This document shows positions 56,330-64,000 of a DNA stretch of 64,000 nucleotides, piece by piece. Position 1 is the stretch's first letter. Each line of letters opens with the position of its first letter. The stretch is from Eledone cirrhosa (taxonomy: Eukaryota). The notes under the pieces were generated by a model. That model did not search any database, was not told the DNA's origin, and saw only the letters and a list, made by a program, of their open reading frames with translations. The position numbers and the translations under genes were made by a program. The DNA lies in NCBI GenBank assembly GCA_964016885.1, contig OZ024754.1:27838001-27902000 (forward strand). The letters run 5' to 3'.

Positions 56330-56665
56330 TGATTCTACGGTGATAGTCGCATACAATACAGTTGCGGGTGTGTACGCCATCGGTGTAGAAGTGGGCACCT
56401 AAAGACAGAGAAGATGTCAAAGTGCCGTCAGCAGTTCAAGCATACAACCCCTTACCTAATACAGTATTAATTCCTTCCTAAGAAACAAATTTGATTGACA
56501 GGTGGAGAATGAAAAGAACCAAATAGTGGACAACCATGAGTGGCTAGAAATACCGATGACGTGTACAATTCTTGACCACTCATAGAACGACAACAACAGG
56601 ATCTAAGCCGACAAGCGAAGTATATCGATGTAAAAGGACATAGGAAAATCTGCTTCGTAGAATCA

Positions 56666-56763
56666 AGACGTATCTGAGGACCTTGCGATTTTCAGAGTCA
56701 GGTTCGATCATCACATCGATCGTGCCTCGAGCTGGTCGCCAGAGAAACGATTGTAATATGTCT
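56666..56763 (+). ncRNA. Type I hammerhead (family J)
   Basis: agacguau-CUGAGGA-...-GAAAC-GAUU-GUA^-auaugucu-AAUAAA. Confidence 0.85.
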
Positions 56764-57353
56764 AATAAATTCCATTCGTCGCCACACTGATTCTCTTTTT
56801 TTCTGTGATATCATATGAGATATTTCTGTGATATCTATGAGAGCATCGAGTGCTCATATGGCCTACCGCATACGGACGCTTAAGCATCCAACACCAATTA
56901 TATATATATATATATATTATATATATATATATATATATACAAAATTTAGCACAGCATCATCGAAGCTCTGGTTGCAGCCAAGCTAACGAATGCAGTCGGG
57001 GTGTGCAGCTAAGCACTCAATAAGGTATATTACCTTAGAGTTATAACATTACGTTTAGACAACTTTGCAAATTGAAGACAGCGACCGATAGACGAGCCGC
57101 AGTGACCAAAGCGACGAAAAAAACTGAACTCAGGATAAAATATGACAAACCTGGACCATCGCGTCGATACCATACATAACACATAATATATAATATATAA
57201 TATATATCACATATAATAAATATCTCCGCTAGGTTTCTGTAAATCCGAAATCGACAAAATCCACTTGCAGGGTCTACAAGTTATTGCTTTTTGGAAGATA
57301 GAACAGTGGAATTTACTTCGTCAACAAGTTTTCGTTCTAATCCGCCCGTCCGT

Positions 57354-57432
<79 letters not shown>

Positions 57433-58166
57433 GACAAAAAGAAAAGAAGAACACAATACACAATACATATGAACAATACAATATAATAATGGTATATTAG
57501 ATTTAACAAGTCTTAACATTTCGGATGTTACAATTTCATCTAATCGAAAGAAAGAAAAAGAGAGACGAAAAAAAAAAGACGAAAGCAGGAAAAAGAAAGA
57601 AAAGAAAAAGCTCGTGCTATTATTAGTTAGCCATCTTGAAACTCACCTTAATACAGAATACAGTACATAGAAATGTTTGGATATTATATTTAAACACTCT
57701 CTATTACAGAGAATAAATATTTAAACTTTACATCTACTGACCAATACTATCTATAATTGATTTATATATATTTCACTTAGGTGATTTATATTAGCAAATG
57801 TTTGATCAAGATATTCATGTAAACTTTTAATTTCCTCGTCATTAAAACTTCTATTCATTTCACAATACTCTTAAATCGTGGAGGAAATTATTGATTTTCT
57901 TTCGATATTTATCACCGAGTTCAATATTATTTCAATTTAAAATTTAATTTATTCATTCTTTTATTCTTTTTACAGTCTTTTTACAACGGTCATACTGGGG
58001 CACAAGTTTAAAGGAATTTGATTGATTATATCACCCCCACTACATATTATTCAAGTCTGATAAATATTTCATTGACCACTTTTTGTCGAACCACGAGGTT
58101 ACGGGACATAAACACTAAGTTATGGGACATAAACAAAGTCGAAACAGACACATTCACGCATGCAGT

Positions 58167-58214
<48 letters not shown>

Positions 58215-58216
<2 letters not shown>

Positions 58217-58307
58217 GGAAAAAGTATGACCCCGACGGCAGAGCTCAAGCCGTTTCGACGGCTATTTCTGGACTAAATTAGAATTTTTAGCCTGGTAAAT
58301 AAATAGC

Positions 58308-58310
<3 letters not shown>
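58215..58310 (-). mobile_element. Internal fragment of family B HHR region
   Basis: gaccccgacggcagagctcaagccgtttcgacggctatttctggact between TA tracts. Confidence 0.75.
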
Positions 58311-58391
<81 letters not shown>

Positions 58392-58618
58392 TCATATATA
58401 TATATATATATACATATATGTCTATATACATATATATATATTTATATATATATATATAAGCAGAAGGGATATTCAATTTGTTGGTAATTCAACAAATATA
58501 AATGTTTATAACTGATTCAGAGCACTCAACAAGTTTTTCTGGAGTATAATATACAATAATATTGAACCGTTAAGGTATATTATCCTTGGTTATGTCAAAA
58601 TTTATAAAACACACTTCG

Positions 58619-58680
58619 TATTTTATCTGATGATAGCGTACCAAAATTGTTGGTACCCTTGAAATATATATAATAGAATA
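58619..58680 (+). ncRNA. Type I hammerhead (family F)
   Basis: uauuuuau-CUGAUGA-..guaccaa/uugguac..-GAAA-UAUAUA-UA^-auagaaua. Confidence 0.8.
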
Positions 58681-58685
58681 AATAT

Positions 58686-58840
58686 GGTTTTATAAATATA
58701 GTTTCCATTTATTTAATATCATTGTATATATATATATGGTTTTATAAATATAGTTTCCATTTATTTAATATCATTGTATATATATATATGGTTTTATAAA
58801 TATAGTTTCCATTTATTTAATATCATTGTATATATATATA
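58686..58840 (+). repeat. Three 52-bp reiterations of the family F 3' end plus TA
   Basis: ggttttataaatatagtttccatttatttaatatcattg(ta)n at 58686, 58738, 58790. Confidence 0.9.
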
Positions 58841-59356
58841 TACTATAAATTATGTCCATATAATCAATTTGATAATATATATACACCATTTCCTCAATTA
58901 ACATAATCACCCACACAAAAAAAACAATTAAACCAGGCTATAAGATTAAAAGGCACTTACGAAGAAATAATAGATAAATAAACGACAGGCATCTATTCGC
59001 GATCAACGGCTATAGAATATTTATTTACCCAGCATTTCAACGTAATCCTGGTATGTGTGTATATGCATTTTTTTCTTCTAACTTTAATGTTATACCTAAT
59101 TGTGTATGGTTGACGTATATTTAATCGATTTCCACGTGCTATTGAAATGATGGGTAAATATTCTATAGCCGTTGATCGGGAATAGATGGGTGTCGTTTAT
59201 TTATCTATTATTTCTTCTTAGGTGCCTTTTAATCTTATAGCCTGGTTTAATTGTTTTTTGTGTGGTTGATTACGTTAATTGGGAGAGGAAATGGTGTGTA
59301 TATATATATATATATATATATATTATCAAATGATTCTATGGACATAATTTATAGTA
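58841..59356. repeat. ~190-bp inverted repeat
   Basis: 58841-59030 inverted at 59152-59356. Confidence 0.8.
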
Positions 59357-59461
59357 TATTGGTCTGATTATTTAATTTATTAATTCATCATTGAGCCACA
59401 TCGTGAATGGTTGCCAAAACATATATATCTAAGACTTCGTCTAGTTTGTGTATATGTGAAT

Positions 59462-59520
<59 letters not shown>

Positions 59521-59533
59521 TATATGTGTGTGT

Positions 59534-59624
<91 letters not shown>

Positions 59625-59654
59625 TCTAGGGGCGGGTAAAATCCTGAGATCCAT

Positions 59655-59696
59655 GGTGGCGTCGATAGTAGGGTGCACCCTACTATCGACGCCACC
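59655..59696. repeat. Perfect 42-bp palindrome
   Basis: ggtggcgtcgatagtagggtg|caccctactatcgacgccacc. Confidence 0.95.
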
Positions 59697-59890
59697 CCAT
59701 CTATGGTTCAGCTAACCACTCGACTCCCGGGAATGAATATGACCGCAGCTAGTAAACAAGGACCCACACCCCACCCTCCCGCACCAAAATTAGACTTATC
59801 GTCCCCTACTTTTGCTCTTTACTCTCTTTACTCTTTGTTCTTGAATGTTTGGTTGGTAGAGTCCATAACACCAATCAAACCCGTTTTATA

Positions 59891-59935
59891 GCTCTGACGA
59901 ATCCTACGGTTACGTAAGGAAGAAACATTGTAAGC
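59891..59935 (+). ncRNA. Minimal type I hammerhead (family K)
   Basis: gcu-CUGACGA-a-uccuacg guua cguaagga-a-GAAAC-AUU-GUA^-agc, then AAUAAA. Confidence 0.75.
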
Positions 59936-60077
59936 CAATAAAAATCTTTTGATGTCGTAGACGCTCTTGTGTTCTTTATCATATATACGGCTCTGCTCCA
60001 AAGCATAGAGCTAATTATTATGCTGTCAATACCTTAATGGGACACGGGTATACAATACCTAACTCCTATTAACCTAA

Positions 60078-60133
<56 letters not shown>

Positions 60134-60135
60134 TC

Positions 60136-60226
<91 letters not shown>

Positions 60227-60230
60227 TAGA

Positions 60231-60525
60231 TTCAAGCAGCGTCTTTACATGCATACCCATTCTTTTCGTTACCCTCTAAGAAGGAATATGACGTCACTTT
60301 CAGCTTATATCTGGAGTCTAAAAGACAACCACACCCAATATAAGTTACACTAGCTAGGGCTAGATCGTATAACGGAAATAAAAGACCATGTGACCTCTGC
60401 GTCGCTGAAGCCCTGGAAATACTCTACGCCACAGACCACATCTTAAACAAAAAATCTGAGGCAATTTCGGCTTGTAAACATAAATTGCACAAAACTTTCC
60501 TGTATTACAGCCCCACATTATACCC
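60231..60525 (+). pseudogene. PLE GIY-YIG C-terminal fragment
   Basis: [14 protein letters not shown]...[10 protein letters not shown] / RPCDLCVAEALEIL...ILNKKSEAISACKHK. Confidence 0.8.
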
Positions 60526-60928
60526 TAACGGATAGTACGATCTATACGTGGATATTTTACGTCTTGATGTGGTAGCTAAGTATATGTTATGTTTATACCT
60601 TTACTTATTTGCATAGGTAAGTATATATTTCTGTATGTTTTGTGAACGTACGTATACTTTCTCGTACGTATATTTGATTGTATATGTTATGGCGTATAAT
60701 TTTATATATTCTGGTACATATAGTTTGGTTATGTGTATACGGGAGTTTTGCGTCTGTGTGAGTATGCGGGTTCGTACGTATGTAGGGTGTGTGTATATGT
60801 GTACTTCATGTTTTGGTTGACGTACGTCTCCGAACATTTGTGTATTTACAATTAGGCATGTGTGTGCGCTTGTTATATACGTATTTATTTATTTATATAC
60901 GTTTATTTAATTATTTATTTATTTGTAT

Positions 60929-60970
<42 letters not shown>

Positions 60971-61144
60971 TTATATGTGCGTGGTTTTGTATACCTATGG
61001 CAAGTGTTTTCGCGTATGCTTGTGTATGTACGTATTTGCATGCGTGTATGTATTTATTTAATTTCTATTACCTCTGTATTGTATTTTATTTACTTTATTC
61101 TTAACTCTGAAGCGGAGATTCATTCGGTTTCCTAGTTAGAATTT

Positions 61145-61410
61145 TAGTCTACAACTTCAGCTATACCATTTACGTGGCTTTGTCTTTGCGTGCAATTGTT
61201 CTCCACGCTCCTCATATGACGTTTATCTTCGTTTTTTTCCGTTCATTGCCAGAGAACGTCTCTATGAACCACCTAAGGGAACATTAGTCTACGACTTCTT
61301 TTATACCATAAACGTGGTTCTGTCTTTGCGTGTAATTGTTTTTCACCGCTCCTATTAATGACGTATTATATTCGTTTTTTCCTGTTCTTTGCCAGGGAAC
61401 GTTTCCACGA
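61145..61410. repeat. ~140-bp tandem duplication
   Basis: tagtctac.acttc...tgtctttgcgtg.aattgtt...ttgccag.gaacgt occurs twice. Confidence 0.75.
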
Positions 61411-61493
61411 ACCAAAGTATGGTCTTCCTGTCTTCCTCCGGTTGCAACGTTTTTTGAAATATCCACTTCTGCGTTTACAGATTGACTTTGTAA

Positions 61494-61541
61494 TTTCAGA
61501 AGATCCTGTTAAGGGTGAAAGCAGCGATGCTTTGCTTAAAC
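61494..61541 (+). ncRNA. Variant hammerhead-like motif (family L)
   Basis: uuu-CAGAAGA-uccuguuaagggu-GAAA-gca...ugc-UU^-aaa. Confidence 0.45.
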
Positions 61542-61562
61542 TTTAATATGTTATTTTAATAA

Positions 61563-61641
<79 letters not shown>

Positions 61642-61713
61642 CGTGTATATATATATATATATATATACATATATGAGAGTATTGAAGTTTGCTTGAAGCA
61701 TTGTGGAATAATA

Positions 61714-62141
61714 GGTAAATATCTTTAAGTCGTTTGGAAGCCTCTACAATGCAAATGGGTAAATCTCCGGGTAACAAGATCCGGTGGTGGAGAGAGAGAT
61801 GTAAGTGGGTGTACGTTGAGATGCGTGGTGTGTATAAGACGTGTAGAAGAATGAAGGAAAGAGTATAAAGGATAAAATAAAAATAAGGAAAAAACCCCCA
61901 GTTGATGGATGTGAATCCGAAATATATAGGGACAATTAAATCTCTCCCAAGGTAACTCTCTCTCGTGTTCTTATTTTTACTTTATCCTTTATACCCTTTC
62001 CTTCATTCTTCTACACGTCTTATACACACCACGCATCTCAACGTACACCCACTTACATCTCTCTCTCCACCACCGGATCTCGTTACCCGGAGATATACCC
62101 ATTTGCATTGTCGAGGCTTCCAAACGACTTAAAGATATTTA

Positions 62142-62143
<2 letters not shown>
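61714..62143. repeat. ~175-bp inverted repeat between TA tracts
   Basis: 61714-61887 inverted at 61970-62143. Confidence 0.85.
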
Positions 62144-62180
<37 letters not shown>

Positions 62181-62183
<3 letters not shown>

Positions 62184-64000
62184 CCTGGGTATAACATTAA
62201 ACTACATCCAGTGGCAAGGCTCCAGTTCGGGAGTTCAGGAGATGTGGGGAATGTGGAGTTACCCCTTAGTTGTCATGACTCCCAGGTCTGCCCTGGCCCG
62301 GGGTGGTAGTACCTGTTAGGGCTCCATTTATGGGTTAAATAACTACCTTATTCGAGTGGCGCGGGTAAGGTATTGTCAGGCATTGAAAAGAAATATGGAG
62401 AGTCGATCTAACAGCATTAGGGTTAGAGCCCCTAATTACACTGTCAAGGAGCAGCCTGGTCGTTATGACTCTGCTGGCTTAGAGCCACAGAGAGGGCCAG
62501 TGGATGATGGATCAGCTGTCTCTGAGACAAATATAAAGAATGCAGTTTTGCCCTGCAGAAGAGCCATCAAAATGGGCACTTTCAATGTGAGGACTATTCG
62601 GACGCTGGAGAAGAGAGAGGAGTTGGGACATCTGTTCGAGGAGAGTGGTATACAGATACTTGCGATCCAAGAACACAGGATTCTACACGATGAGCCCGTG
62701 AGGAGTGTGATGATCGGGAAGAAGAGCCAGCTCATCACTACATCGGCAGTGAAGAACACAACAAATGCTGCAGTAGGAGGAGTGGGTTTTGTGTTCAGTG
62801 CAAAAACCAATCTGTTGGTGAGGGAAATAATGCCTATCTCCCCGCGAGTGTTGAGGGTGACCTTCAATGGAAACCCAAGACTGACAGTCATCTCAGCCTA
62901 TAGTCCAACCGAGGGGGACAGTGATGTGAATGCGGAACAGTTCCATGAGGAGGTGTGTAGAGCTGTCAACACCACTCAGGCACACAATATCCTGCTTGTT
63001 TTGGGGGACTTCAATGCACATCTGAGTAAGGAGGGCAGTGAAGATCCTTGCTGGTACTTCCATAACAACACCAACCGAAATGGAAGACTACTGAGAGACA
63101 CCCTGCTGGAGGCGAACTTGATGGCGACCAACCTAGGGTTTAGGAAGAATCTGGGGAAGATGTGGACCTACATCTCAGATATGCACCTATCCAAGTCCCA
63201 GATTGATTTCATTCTGGTGAGGAAAAAGTGGCGGAATAGTGTTCTGAACACAGAACCATACAGCTATTTCAGTACACTGGGTAGTGACCACCGGCTTGTT
63301 ATGAGTGAGGTCCGCGTGAGCTTAAGAAAGAGCAAGGCTCAGCCCCGGAGAACAATCTATGACTGGGGAGCTTTCAAGGAAGATGATAAGCTACAGGAGA
63401 GGTTCACAGTGGAAGTGAGAAACAGGTTTAGTGCTCTGTGTGGAGAGTCAGAGGAGAGAGAGATTGGATGGACTGAGGAGAGTGGGACGAGGAGGTACGG
63501 GCACTTCACCAATGCAGTGGCGGAAGCAAGTGAAACCCTGGTGCCGAGGAAAAAGAACAAAGGGAAGCACAAAAGTGTGTGCAGCCAGAGAACACCTGAA
63601 AGCTGCCAGGGACCAATTCTATGCTGATCCTACGGAGGAGAGGGTGGAGACTGTGGAGGTGATGAGGGAAGAGCTCTGTACCGCTTACACTGAGGTCAGA
63701 GAGGAGGCACCGATAGAGAAGATCAGAAGTGTGGAGAGAGCGGTTGACAGATCTGGATGTAAGGAGAGCTGGATGATCATCAACGAGATCACAGGGAGGA
63801 AGAGAAGGTGTTCGAGTCAGATCCAGGGAACGGGGCCCGAGGATAGGAAGAGGAAATGGCTAGACCATTTTAGGACCCTACTAGGAGAGCCACCCTCCAC
63901 AGCCCAGAGCACTTGGGAGATCAGGCGGCTGTTTGAGGAACTGGATGTTGAGACAGAGCCCTTCACCAGAGAGGAGCTTCCGAGAGCCAAGAAGAGGATC
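62181..64000 (+). mobile_element. RTE-clade LINE, 5' part (continues beyond window)
   Basis: Begins right after (TA)n; short 5' UTR; single ORF starting with APE. Confidence 0.85.
62356..63627 (+). CDS. LINE apurinic-like endonuclease domain (ORF frameshifted near 63570; likely ATG at 62395)
   Basis: GTFNVRT, LAIQEHR, GGVGF, VISAYSPT, LGDFNAH, NRNGRLL, SQIDFILV, SDHRLV. Confidence 0.9.
   Translation: MARVRYCQALKRNMESRSNSIRVRAPNYTVKEQPGRYDSAGLEPQRGPVDDGSAVSETNIKNAVLPCRRAIKMGTFNVRTIRTLEKREELGHLFEESGIQILAIQEHRILHDEPVRSVMIGKKSQLITTSAVKNTTNAAVGGVGFVFSAKTNLLVREIMPISPRVLRVTFNGNPRLTVISAYSPTEGDSDVNAEQFHEEVCRAVNTTQAHNILLVLGDFNAHLSKEGSEDPCWYFHNNTNRNGRLLRDTLLEANLMATNLGFRKNLGKMWTYISDMHLSKSQIDFILVRKKWRNSVLNTEPYSYFSTLGSDHRLVMSEVRVSLRKSKAQPRRTIYDWGAFKEDDKLQERFTVEVRNRFSALCGESEEREIGWTEESGTRRYGHFTNAVAEASETLVPRKKNKGKHKSVCSQRTPESCQGPILC

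Larger units (their letters stand above)
56186..56811. mobile_element. Family J element with inverted HHR-containing termini
   Basis: 56186-56339 inverted at 56655-56811; non-coding spacer. Confidence 0.8.

Noticed and set aside
61100-61140. taact-CTGAAGC-ggagat...gtttcc-t-agtta hammerhead-like remnant
   Set aside because: GAAA and stem III are missing and the core is altered, so it cannot be called

Overview
AT-rich eukaryotic DNA saturated with microsatellites. The SINE and repeat make-up suggests a cephalopod such as Octopus, which is an inference. I found no host protein-coding gene, and nearly all ORF-track entries are translations of microsatellites. Real coding remnants are all retroelement-derived: five Penelope-like elements (PLEs; RT and/or GIY-YIG), plus CR1-like, RTE, Tx1/L1-like and RLE-type LINE pieces. 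There are also tRNA-derived SINEs and two Helitron-like ends. The main signal is non-coding. About 12 distinct families of type I hammerhead ribozyme (HHR) motifs occur, with about 17 copies having intact CUGANGA and GAAA boxes plus variant or degenerate copies, most with a palindromic stem III. They sit near the 3' ends of PLEs and of non-coding PLE-like or retrozyme-like units. These insertions lie in (TA)n tracts and are very often fold-back (inverted) structures with 3' ends pointing outward. A ~511-bp tandem HHR unit at 26.3-27.6 kb looks like a circular-RNA-producing retrozyme. All folds were made by eye and coordinates of degenerate elements are approximate.
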